A DNA stretch of 64,000 nt from Verrucomicrobiota bacterium (GTDB lineage: Bacteria > Verrucomicrobiota > Verrucomicrobiia > Opitutales > Cerasicoccaceae), in NCBI GenBank assembly GCA_039818205.1, contig JBCBUK010000009.1, positions 64,001 to 128,000 on the forward strand, read 5' to 3'. Under the pieces are notes generated by a model, which had not been told where the DNA came from, did no database searches, and saw nothing but the letters and a program-made list of their open reading frames with translations. Positions 9,393 through 17,638 of this stretch are shown here, piece after piece. A program made the position numbers and the translations under genes. How positions within the stretch are numbered: the stretch's first letter is position 1; each line of letters starts with the position of its first letter.

Positions 9393-10253
9393 TTAGTTAA
9401 GCGAGGTTTGCCAGACGGTGATGTCGCTGGTGTCTGGCACGGTGATTACCGGGAACTCGGCGGTGAACCCGGTTTGGATCTGCCCCGTGATTTGTTTTAC
9501 TTTGCTTGCGTCGATGTTGGAGGCGTCTTCGGTTCCAGTCACGAGATCGCCCCGGATATCGGTTTGAGGCCCGAACGATACCTTGATCGCATCGCTATCC
9601 TCGGAAACGGTTCCCGCAGTCGCGTTTTGGCGTTCCTGATTGGTTGCTGGTAGCCCATAGAGGCCGACTTCCGAGTCGTAACTGTCGATCAGCGAATTGT
9701 AGTCCAACTCGTTCTTCACGATAAGACCGCGGAAGGGGACGTTCAGTTCGGCCGTGAAAGATATAATACGCTCGGCACTGCGGTTGGTGCGAGTATCGGT
9801 GACGACACCTTTTGCGTAGACGGAGTATTCCTGCCGGGAAGCATCCTGGCTCGGTTTATTGACCACGACCCGAATGACTGCCTGGTGGTCTCCATCAAAA
9901 ATGTCATCGCTGCTAGAGTCACCTTCAGGCAGGAGAATTTCTTTGGTCCAATATAGGTCACCGTAAAAGTCTTTACCCTCGGTCCAGCCGTCATCAATCC
10001 AAGCGGTTTCGTCGAATCGATTGTTGTTCATACCCCACATGACTTCGTCCGCACCGGCTTCAGCCGCCGCGAAGGCCATATTGTAGAGGCGGTTTTGGAC
10101 ACTTGATTCGTAATCATTGACGGCCATTGGCATCAGTGAGCCCAGGACAACGAAGACGAACATTGAAAACAGAAATGCAGCAATCAAAGCAGAGCCCTTC
10201 TCCCGCCACAGGGCGGTGAGCTTGGGAAGTGCTCTATGGAATTTTCGGGTCAT
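9393..10253 (-). CDS. PilX-like minor pilin, module B gene 3
   Basis: KG|SALIAAFLF prepilin-like N-terminus without Glu5, AFAAAEAG motif. Confidence 0.8.
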   Translation of the reverse strand: MTRKFHRALPKLTALWREKGSALIAAFLFSMFVFVVLGSLMPMAVNDYESSVQNRLYNMAFAAAEAGADEVMWGMNNNRFDETAWIDDGWTEGKDFYGDLYWTKEILLPEGDSSSDDIFDGDHQAVIRVVVNKPSQDASRQEYSVYAKGVVTDTRTNRSAERIISFTAELNVPFRGLIVKNELDYNSLIDSYDSEVGLYGLPATNQERQNATAGTVSEDSDAIKVSFGPQTDIRGDLVTGTEDASNIDASKVKQITGQIQTGFTAEFPVITVPDTSDITVWQTSLN

Positions 10254-10256
10254 ATA

Positions 10257-10817
10257 TCAGTTTCGGGGCGTAACTCGAGTGGTCGACTCTTTGGTGTAGG
10301 CGGAACCACCGGCTTTGCGCTCGGTGATTAGGGTAAAATCATAGCTGCCGGTTCCATCGACCCGTTCGACGGAAAATTCAGTAACATCTTGGAGAAGGCG
10401 TTTGGTGTTATTGTTTAGAACCAGGCCTTGGGCTGAATATTCCGCGTATGCTCGCCGTAATTCGGCATTGTCGGAAACCATGTAGGTGATCTCGGTGCTC
10501 ACCGGGGTAACGCCGTTTTCGTTTTCGAAATTTGGCAGGGTAAGCACGACCGAGTAGGGTTCGTCGTCTTTATCGTCCTCAGGTTCGTTGATCTCGATGG
10601 ATGTCAATCCGCGGAAGTCATCCGCGATATGATTAACGACATAGCGGAATTCGCGATCCATATCTGCCTGAGTAGCAAGGCTGTAGTGAACCTTGCTGAA
10701 CCTGATCATCGCGGAAAACGCCATCGCAAAAACCACGATCGCTAAGGATGCAGCAATCATCACTTCGACCAGGGTAAAGCCGAGAGAGGATGCGGATCGC
10801 TTACGCGCTAATTCCAT
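10257..10817 (-). CDS. PilW/GspJ-like prepilin, module B gene 2
   Basis: G|FTLVEVMIA N-methylation motif; ends TRVTPRN. Confidence 0.85.
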   Translation of the reverse strand: MELARKRSASSLGFTLVEVMIAASLAIVVFAMAFSAMIRFSKVHYSLATQADMDREFRYVVNHIADDFRGLTSIEINEPEDDKDDEPYSVVLTLPNFENENGVTPVSTEITYMVSDNAELRRAYAEYSAQGLVLNNNTKRLLQDVTEFSVERVDGTGSYDFTLITERKAGGSAYTKESTTRVTPRN

Positions 10818-11220
10818 ATTGAGTGATGAAGGTTACAATTTTTGCGTTCTGCGGTTTCCCGCTGCTATCGGTCCAGCCGACTTCAAGGACTACTTGGAGC
10901 TGGTCGTCGCGATTTTCGCGTTTTGCGACTGAAATGGATGTTGAGAATCGTTGATCATTCGACTCGGTGACAAACTCTGAATCGTCGGAAATTTCGCCAA
11001 CTGCCTCCCAGCTAAGGCCGCGAATTCGCTCGAGTTCTGACAATAGCAATTCATTGGCCGCAACGTTCAACCGGCTGTTCTCGGACGCCCGCATCGCCGG
11101 CTTTAACGCAACAAATGCCGATGCCATAACCAAGGCAACAAGAGACATTGCTACCATGACTTCAATTAAAGTCATGGCCGATTGGGGTCTTTTGGCCTTA
11201 TTGGTGGGAGCCAAACGCAT
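10801..11220 (-). CDS. PilV/GspI-like prepilin, module B gene 1
   Basis: A|MTLIEVMVAM motif; SELERIRGLSW; VGWTD. Confidence 0.85.
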   Translation of the reverse strand: MRLAPTNKAKRPQSAMTLIEVMVAMSLVALVMASAFVALKPAMRASENSRLNVAANELLLSELERIRGLSWEAVGEISDDSEFVTESNDQRFSTSISVAKRENRDDQLQVVLEVGWTDSSGKPQNAKIVTFITQYGISA

Positions 11221-11296
11221 CTGTTTGGTTAATCTGTGTTCGTTGCTAGAGTCTTTAACTCATGTTTGTATCGATATTTCGCTTCAATTGCTAACT

Positions 11297-11322
11297 AAAA
11301 CGACGCCCCCCAGGGAGCGTCG
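11297..11322 (-). terminator. intrinsic terminator separating pilin modules A and B
   Basis: Minus strand CGACGCTCCC-TG-GGGGGCGTCG then TTTTAGTT, 36 nt after the stop of 11358..12314. Confidence 0.7.
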
Positions 11323-11357
11323 CCAAGCTAAATAAATTTTTTATAAATCTGAGAGGC

Positions 11358-12314
11358 TTAGAAGGTGGCGAAGAAGTCTTCGTAGGAACCATTCTGGGGA
11401 TCACCTTGGAAGTCATCCTTGGCCTTCATGATGCGGTAGTCTTCCATGATCATTGATTCGGTTCCGAGTGCCAGGTCTTTCAAGGCTTCATCGTAGTTCA
11501 GGCCGTTGAATTCGTGATTGGTAGACCCCTGTCCGTTGTTGGAGATCGTATTTGCGATTACCGCGCCGAGCATCCCGGAGGTTCCCTTGATGCTGAATGA
11601 CGCATCCGGCGCATAAATGACGGCTGACAATCCAGCGTTACCCCCCAGTCCAATGCTTTGGCCGTTTCCGCCGGTGCCGTAGATGATGAAGCTTGCAGGA
11701 GGGGCGAGGGTATTCACATCGCCGTTGCCCTGCAGGCCGACATCACCTTTTACATACATCACGAGCGTCGAGTCATCAGTGATTTGAACCTCTTGATTTT
11801 TGAAATCGAATCCCTGGTCCGCGATTATAATCGCATGGCCATCAATGACGACGTTGTTGCCCAGTGAGAAGTCGCTCGAAAAGTGAATGACGCTCGGACT
11901 TTCCTCGGTGCCTGGCGCATAGATCGTGGTTACGGCATTCGCGCCATTACCCTCGGTGACAGAGTAGAGCTGGGAAGCACTGATGGTGTCTCCACTGCCA
12001 TCGTCTGAGTCATCCAGTCCTAGATCGATCCCAAAACCAGATGATTCGTTCGTATCCGTTGCATCCGTTGCATCCGTGGTATCGGTTGTATCCGTAGTGC
12101 CGGTAGAATCTGTCGTGTCGGTGGTTGTGCCCGTTGTTGTATCGGTCGTGTCAGTGGTGTCGTTTTTATCGTTCTTCTTCTCTTGGCCTGGGTTTGTTTT
12201 ATCCTGACCCGTGCTAGCCGGTTTTTTGGCTTGGGCCACCGAGGGAAGGGCGACCATGAGGAAGCCCGATAGCATTAAGCTAAAGGCGATGTGGCTGAGG
12301 CGTGAAAATTTCAT
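11358..12314 (-). CDS. secreted G/N-rich beta-solenoid-like protein (DUF7305-like) with Thr/Asp linker, pilin module A gene 4
   Basis: Signal peptide ending AQA; MYVKGDVGLQGNG, FIIYGT, AVIYAPDA, GAVIA, LNYDEAL. Confidence 0.7.
   Translation of the reverse strand: MKFSRLSHIAFSLMLSGFLMVALPSVAQAKKPASTGQDKTNPGQEKKNDKNDTTDTTDTTTGTTTDTTDSTGTTDTTDTTDATDATDTNESSGFGIDLGLDDSDDGSGDTISASQLYSVTEGNGANAVTTIYAPGTEESPSVIHFSSDFSLGNNVVIDGHAIIIADQGFDFKNQEVQITDDSTLVMYVKGDVGLQGNGDVNTLAPPASFIIYGTGGNGQSIGLGGNAGLSAVIYAPDASFSIKGTSGMLGAVIANTISNNGQGSTNHEFNGLNYDEALKDLALGTESMIMEDYRIMKAKDDFQGDPQNGSYEDFFATF
12050..12165 (-). repeat. degenerate 9-bp coding tandem repeat (Asp-Thr-Thr linker)
   Basis: Encodes DTTDTTDTTTGTTTDTTDSTGTTDTTDTTDATDATDT; DNA units such as gtatccgtt/gcatccgtt. 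Confidence 0.8.
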
Positions 12315-12338
12315 AATACGAGCGGTTGGGAATGAGAA

Positions 12339-13169
12339 TTAAAACAGGGAAGGACCGTTGTTGCCGGACGAAGACGGATGCTCAACGGAGGGGAAATTTG
12401 CCGTGTAGTTGGTGGTCTGGCTCACGATGTTTCCATTGTAGGTGACCGCATCGCCAAAGACGCTTGCGCCAGTTAGCACGTTACCGATCTGAAGGGCAGT
12501 CATGCCGGCTTGCGTTTTTGAGTTGGAGCTCGAGAGCAGAACCGAGTTGTCTGAAGTGCTCAAAGAGCCACCTTGCCAATCGCTGTCGCGGCCATTCAGA
12601 GCGTCTGGGACACTGGCGAAATCGTTGGTGTTCGTTGCCGCAAGGATTGTTCCTGATCCAAGGTCCATTGTGTCTTTTGATACGAAGCCGATAAACGGTT
12701 TGAGTTGATCGGTGTCAATCTGGACGATCTGGTTGAGGATGTCGGCACCGGAACCATCGACAACGATACCCTGTGCGATGACTTCCATTTCTTGGCCCTC
12801 GACGGGCTCTTTGACGGCCACCTTGGCATAACCAGTGTATTCGCCACCCAAAGTGACTCCGGGAAACTGAACGCGGCGAACGTAGTAGTAGGCACCATCA
12901 GGGCCAAGCTTCTTGGTCCAGTCGCGATCGGCGTCCCACATGGCCGTGTCCCAGCCATTTTGGTAGGCGGACCAGATCGCCTCTTCGCCACCTGCCTCAG
13001 CAAGGGCAAAGGATGAGGATAAAAGTCGGTTTTTAACGGCCATGCGGTAATCGCCCATATAGGCAGGGAGCATGGTTCCAACCATGATGAAGGCCACCAT
13101 GGTGAAGAGGATCGCGGCGATGAGCACGGAACCTCGTTTTGAATCTGTTGTCGTTGGGGTCGGCTGCAT
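12339..13169 (-). CDS. PilX-like minor pilin, module A gene 3
   Basis: RG|SVLIAAILF N-terminus without Glu5, SFALAEAG motif; paralog of 9393..10253. Confidence 0.8.
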   Translation of the reverse strand: MQPTPTTTDSKRGSVLIAAILFTMVAFIMVGTMLPAYMGDYRMAVKNRLLSSSFALAEAGGEEAIWSAYQNGWDTAMWDADRDWTKKLGPDGAYYYVRRVQFPGVTLGGEYTGYAKVAVKEPVEGQEMEVIAQGIVVDGSGADILNQIVQIDTDQLKPFIGFVSKDTMDLGSGTILAATNTNDFASVPDALNGRDSDWQGGSLSTSDNSVLLSSSNSKTQAGMTALQIGNVLTGASVFGDAVTYNGNIVSQTTNYTANFPSVEHPSSSGNNGPSLF

Positions 13170-13170
13170 G

Positions 13171-13677
13171 TTAGTTCCTCATTCTGATGTTCAAGTCGCG
13201 ATCGAGAGTAATGTTCCGGTCTCCGATGTCTTTGCTCAGGGTGACCGAAAATGAAAGTGAGTCGTTGGATTGGCTGGCGGTAAATTTGCTCACATTTTCG
13301 AGCAGAAGACGTTCATCGCCGCTGTCTTCCTGGCGGTAGATATTGTCGCCACGGTAGATGTAGTGTATGAGCTGCGGTGTGTTGCCGTTGGGCATAGTCA
13401 ATGTGCAAGAGCCACTGCTTATGGAGGCATTTGCGGCCATGCGGGCATCGTCAGAGAGCTCTTGGATGGTCATGCGCATCTGGCGATCGAAGTCGGATCG
13501 CGCGGCCATGGTCAGGTTCGTTTTGTAGAATTGAATGAACATGCCGGTCGCGCCCGTGAGGATAAAAGCCGCAATTGCAATGGCGACGAGGATCTCGGCG
13601 AGGGTGAAGCCCTTGTGAGAGGCCTGCTTACGACGCGCTGACGCCGCTTTTTGTAACGATAGTGACCAAGTTTGCAT
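13171..13677 (-). CDS. PilW/GspJ-like prepilin, module A gene 2
   Basis: KG|FTLAEILVA motif; ends NIRMRN; start placed at ATG 13677 (track start 13749 overlaps the upstream gene more). Confidence 0.82.
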   Translation of the reverse strand: MQTWSLSLQKAASARRKQASHKGFTLAEILVAIAIAAFILTGATGMFIQFYKTNLTMAARSDFDRQMRMTIQELSDDARMAANASISSGSCTLTMPNGNTPQLIHYIYRGDNIYRQEDSGDERLLLENVSKFTASQSNDSLSFSVTLSKDIGDRNITLDRDLNIRMRN

Positions 13678-14086
13678 TGTGAGTCTTTCCTTTGGTGTCC
13701 GTCCAAGAAACTTCGAGTAGGATTTCCATTTGATCAGAGCGACTTTCACGGTTGGTTAGAGAAATGGCGCTGGCCAAACGATTGTTGGTGCTCGCAGTGT
13801 AGAAACTGAGAGATTTGTTGGAATCTTTGGCGTTGTCGTAGTTGGTTTTCAAAGTCTCGATCTCCGACCAACTCAACGAGCGAATATACTCCAGTTCTGA
13901 TTCGAGGTGAAACTGTGCATCGGCGTTTAACCGCGCAGATTCAGATGAACGGAATCCGATTGAGAGGGTGGCCATAGTCGAAAGAAAAACCATAGCGATA
14001 ATCACTGATCCGATCATAACTTCAACGAGGGTAACTCCCGAGTGAGCGCCTGTCGTTTTTGTTTTAATTCCCATATTTGCCATCAT
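13628..14086 (-). CDS. PilV/GspI-like prepilin, module A gene 1
   Basis: SG|VTLVEVMIG motif; SELEYIRSLSW; VSWTD; paralog of 10801..11220. Confidence 0.85.
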   Translation of the reverse strand: MMANMGIKTKTTGAHSGVTLVEVMIGSVIIAMVFLSTMATLSIGFRSSESARLNADAQFHLESELEYIRSLSWSEIETLKTNYDNAKDSNKSLSFYTASTNNRLASAISLTNRESRSDQMEILLEVSWTDTKGKTHNANLVTIVTKSGVSAS

Positions 14087-14739
14087 GATAACATTATTGG
14101 GTGGATTTCCGACAGAGCTTTAGGGGAAGTTTTAGGCCCCCAACTCAACAGGGCTGCATGGTCCTACTGTAGTTAGGACTAATTCGTCATTGATCTCAAA
14201 AGAATGTAATGAGTAAGAAGTTTCGACATTCATTACTTGCTCAGTGGCATTGTTTTGACGTAGTGATTCCACCTTGCCCTTGGTAAATATATGCAAATGT
14301 ATTTCTGTTTCGATTTTTCTTAAAATGAGTCTATGAATAAACTTCTTTTCACTGATGTAATCTGGGCTTTCAGCGTTTTTTACAGATCCAATTATGGCGG
14401 TATTCTAGTGGCCTATATTCGCTGATTTTCTCTAGAGAACTGGCGCTCAACGGGAATACTTCAGAGTCCGATTCACTATTGTTTACCAGATTCTTTGTTG
14501 GAGGAACCCTCTAATCGACTCGCAGAGCAAAACGGAAACAGTTTCCTTAAAAAACCAGTTTGATGAACTATTTTGGTAAACTATTTCATGTGAGTGATCA
14601 TAAGGCTAATCATGGAGAATCTGTCACCTTTGACCATAATATGCACGAGCCTCAATTAAATCGGGATGTTTTCGCAGGCTGGTTTGTTGGCCCAGTGTTT
14701 TCGCTCGGATTTCGTGTCGATTCCAGTCACCGTTGAATC

Positions 14740-16368
14740 ATGAATCCCGGCTTAAGCATCTGGAACCGTCTGCTGGGCGTCATGCTCGTACTGGTGCTTT
14801 CGGCGGGAGGATTGCTTTTTTGGCAGGAAAGGATAGCGGAGCGGGCGAGTGAGCGAGAGTTGCGTGCTTCGATCGAAGATCGGCAAGCGGCATTTCAGCG
14901 CACAAGCCGTCAGCTCTCGCAGTCGTTGATCGATTTCGTGGTGGTGGAAAGCCGCACGAGCTTGCCAGCCAAGCTGGAGTCGGGCCGGGCGGGGGCTGTT
15001 GGCGCCGAATTAGAAACATCTGCGGATGTTGCGCGGGTTGACTGGTTTGCCCTCTTTGGTACGAATGGGGAGCTCCTCTCGCTATACAATGGAACGCAGC
15101 GAACTCCCAGCGAGAATGCTCTGCCAATTCCGGCGGCAACGCTTCAATCGCTTGCCAATGACGGGGAGGATGCGATGTTTTTCTCAGCACAGTTTGGGAT
15201 TCCGATGCAGTTGGTGTTTTCTCCGGTTCGCAGCGCTGATGGCGATTCCAATTTAGGTTATCTGCTCGCTGGTCGGTATTGGGATCGTCGTTATTTGACC
15301 CAGCTAGGAAACTTGGTGGACGCGCAAATTAATTTCGTACCGCTGGATCGAGTTGGTCCGGCTGCTTCTGGATTTATTGACGGCGGAATATCATATCAAG
15401 TGACGGAGCTCGGGCTTGGCATTTCGGGCCAGCCCCTGTTTGCCTACACGGTGACTTATGACCTGTTGGAAGATCGTATGGAGTTTGCGGAGGTCAAGGG
15501 AGCGCGTAGGCGGGTGGCGCTTGGTGTCGTTGGCTTACTGGTTGTATTCTTTGCCGTGCTATGGAAGTGGTTGGCTTTTCCTCTGCGGCTGGTTGCAGAG
15601 GCGCTTGAGAAGGACGACCCGACGGTTCTCAAACCGATCCTCAACGAGGACTATGATTGGGCCAGAATCGCTCAGCGTCTGACCGAATCAAGCGAGGCCC
15701 GACTTGAGTTAACCAAGCAGGTCCAACGCCGGCAGGAGCAGCTTCGCATCGAGCAGGAGACGACCAAAGTCCGGCAGTCCCTGGCTCGAGATTTGCACGA
15801 TGGCGTAATTCAGAGTGTGTATGGCGTTGGCCTCCAACTGGATAGGGTGGGCCGATTGGCACAAAAGGATCCCGACAAAAGTCGGAAGAGTATTCGAGAA
15901 TGCCAAGAACAACTCAACGGCATTATTGGTGAGATCCGGGGCTACATTAAAGGGCTGGACCCCAAACCGCTTCAGGGACAGGGACTTAAGGATGCCTTGT
16001 CTCAGCTGGTCACGAATTCGCAGCGATCAACCGACGCCAAAATCGTCGGTGACTTTGATTCGGAAAGCTGCGAGGCGCTGTCTGCCAGTGAAGCCATAAA
16101 TATTTACCAGATTGCTCGGGAGCTGCTCAGCAACGCGATCCGACACTCGAAAGCGTCCCAGATTCGGATTCGGATGGAACGGTTACCTAAAGCTGTGTGT
16201 CTCACCGTTTTGGACAACGGCACCGGAATCGATTTGGAGGCCGCTCGAAATAAGGGAAACGGTTTAGGCAATCTCGAAAATCGCGCTCGACAAATGGGCG
16301 GTAATATTGAGTTTAGTAACAGGCATGCAACGGGATTAAGTGTATCCGTGACGACGCCGATAAAATAA
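14740..16368 (+). CDS. membrane sensor histidine kinase (periplasmic CHASE4-like domain, HisKA_3, HATPase)
   Basis: Two TM segments; LARDLHDGVIQ H-box; ELLSNAIRHS, DNGTG, GNGLGN. Confidence 0.92.
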   Translation: MNPGLSIWNRLLGVMLVLVLSAGGLLFWQERIAERASERELRASIEDRQAAFQRTSRQLSQSLIDFVVVESRTSLPAKLESGRAGAVGAELETSADVARVDWFALFGTNGELLSLYNGTQRTPSENALPIPAATLQSLANDGEDAMFFSAQFGIPMQLVFSPVRSADGDSNLGYLLAGRYWDRRYLTQLGNLVDAQINFVPLDRVGPAASGFIDGGISYQVTELGLGISGQPLFAYTVTYDLLEDRMEFAEVKGARRRVALGVVGLLVVFFAVLWKWLAFPLRLVAEALEKDDPTVLKPILNEDYDWARIAQRLTESSEARLELTKQVQRRQEQLRIEQETTKVRQSLARDLHDGVIQSVYGVGLQLDRVGRLAQKDPDKSRKSIRECQEQLNGIIGEIRGYIKGLDPKPLQGQGLKDALSQLVTNSQRSTDAKIVGDFDSESCEALSASEAINIYQIARELLSNAIRHSKASQIRIRMERLPKAVCLTVLDNGTGIDLEAARNKGNGLGNLENRARQMGGNIEFSNRHATGLSVSVTTPIK

Positions 16369-16376
16369 GTGTGATA

Positions 16377-17054
16377 ATGACGACCCAGACTCCAACCAAA
16401 GTATTAATTATTGAAGACCACGAAGTAGTCCGCCTTGGGCTGCGCCAGATCATTGGAGATTTCGACGAATTCAATTTGGTTGGGGAAGCAGGTACCTGTG
16501 CGGATGCCTTGACGGTTTATCAGGAAAGCCAACCGGACGTTGTTTTGCTCGACCTTATGCTTCCAGATGGCAGTGGCCTCGAGCTCTGCGCAAAATTGCG
16601 CTCCTTCGAGCATAAATCGAAAATCATTGTCCTGACTTCTTGCGAAGATGACCGATGCATTTTTGATGCGTTTGCGCAAGGTGTTGAAGGGTATTTGTTA
16701 AAGAACGCAAATGGCGAATCCTTGGTGAATGCCTTGCGCGATGTCATGCTAGGAAAAACGATCCTGGATCCATCCGTTACTCAGCACGTGGTTAATCACT
16801 TGCGGGATGAAGGGCAGAGCAAACAGGAAGACTTGATCAATACGCTTTCCGCACAGGAAAAACGTGTCCTCGAACAAGTCGCCAAGGGCTTAACCAATAA
16901 GGAAGTAGCCGCGGTTCTCAGCCTCAGCGAGAAAACCGTCAAAAACTATTTCAGCAACGTTTTGAGCAAGCTCTACGTTTCCCGACGCACCGAAGCAGCG
17001 GCACTATACTGGCAGTTCAACCGCCAGAACGAAAACTATCCGCTCGGGCGATAA
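16377..17054 (+). CDS. NarL/LuxR-family response regulator, DevR/DosR-like
   Basis: IEDH, LLDLMLPDGSG receiver; GLTNKEVA..LSLSEKTVKNY HTH. Confidence 0.93.
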   Translation: MTTQTPTKVLIIEDHEVVRLGLRQIIGDFDEFNLVGEAGTCADALTVYQESQPDVVLLDLMLPDGSGLELCAKLRSFEHKSKIIVLTSCEDDRCIFDAFAQGVEGYLLKNANGESLVNALRDVMLGKTILDPSVTQHVVNHLRDEGQSKQEDLINTLSAQEKRVLEQVAKGLTNKEVAAVLSLSEKTVKNYFSNVLSKLYVSRRTEAAALYWQFNRQNENYPLGR

Positions 17055-17116
17055 GTCCTTGTGCTGTGGCGGTAGACCTTCGGGACCTTAGTCTATTCGT
17101 GTCCCTATTCGATTAG

Positions 17117-17147
17117 TCTTGATGTCGAGAGAACGCCGGCTGATAAT
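17117..17147 (+). promoter_or_regulatory. candidate sigma70 promoter of the marR gene with an MhqR-type operator over the -35
   Basis: TTGATG-N17-GATAAT ending 5 nt before ATG 17153; near-palindrome TCTTGA-TG-TCGAGA at 17117-17130. Confidence 0.55.
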
Positions 17148-17152
17148 GGGTC

Positions 17153-17605
17153 ATGTCTGAAAATCCTGATACCTCGGGACCGCATCTTTGGCTCGTTTGG
17201 TGGAAAGCCTATCATTCGATCGAAAAGTATGACCGGCAAAGCATCCAGAAGCTTGGTTTTGCCACCTTGAGTGATTTCGCGGTGCTCGAGGTCTTGCTTC
17301 ACAAGGGCCCGCAGCCGGTGAATTCAATCGGGCGACGGGTATTGCTAACGAGTGGATCCATCACAGCAGCCGTCGACCGAGCGGAAGCCAAAGGATTGGT
17401 GGAGCGGCGTTCTTCGCCAACGGATCGCCGAGTCGTCGAGGTCCATTTAACCGAGGCGGGACAGGAACTTATTGAAAGAGCTTTTAGCAAACACGCCGAA
17501 GCCCTAGAGGAAGTGTTTGCAGAGTTTTCGTCTGAGGAGCGCGATACGCTCTATCGTTTAATGAAGAGTGTGGGGAAACGTGCGGATGATCTGAATCGTG
17601 CCTGA
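17153..17605 (+). CDS. MarR family regulator, MhqR/YkvE-like
   Basis: DFAVLEVLLHKGPQP...LLTSGSIT..VDR and DRRVVEVHLT winged helix. Confidence 0.92.
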   Translation: MSENPDTSGPHLWLVWWKAYHSIEKYDRQSIQKLGFATLSDFAVLEVLLHKGPQPVNSIGRRVLLTSGSITAAVDRAEAKGLVERRSSPTDRRVVEVHLTEAGQELIERAFSKHAEALEEVFAEFSSEERDTLYRLMKSVGKRADDLNRA

Positions 17606-17638
17606 GATTGCTTTACTCCTCGGGCACCCTGACGCAAT

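Noticed and set aside
12050..12165. CRISPR-like repeat
   Set aside because: Short degenerate coding repeats without spacers; no cas genes
12315..12341. Stop-codon read-through fusing PilX-like gene and gene 4 in module A (24-nt in-frame gap)
   Set aside because: Module B has a 20-nt out-of-frame gap and both gene-4 products have signal peptides
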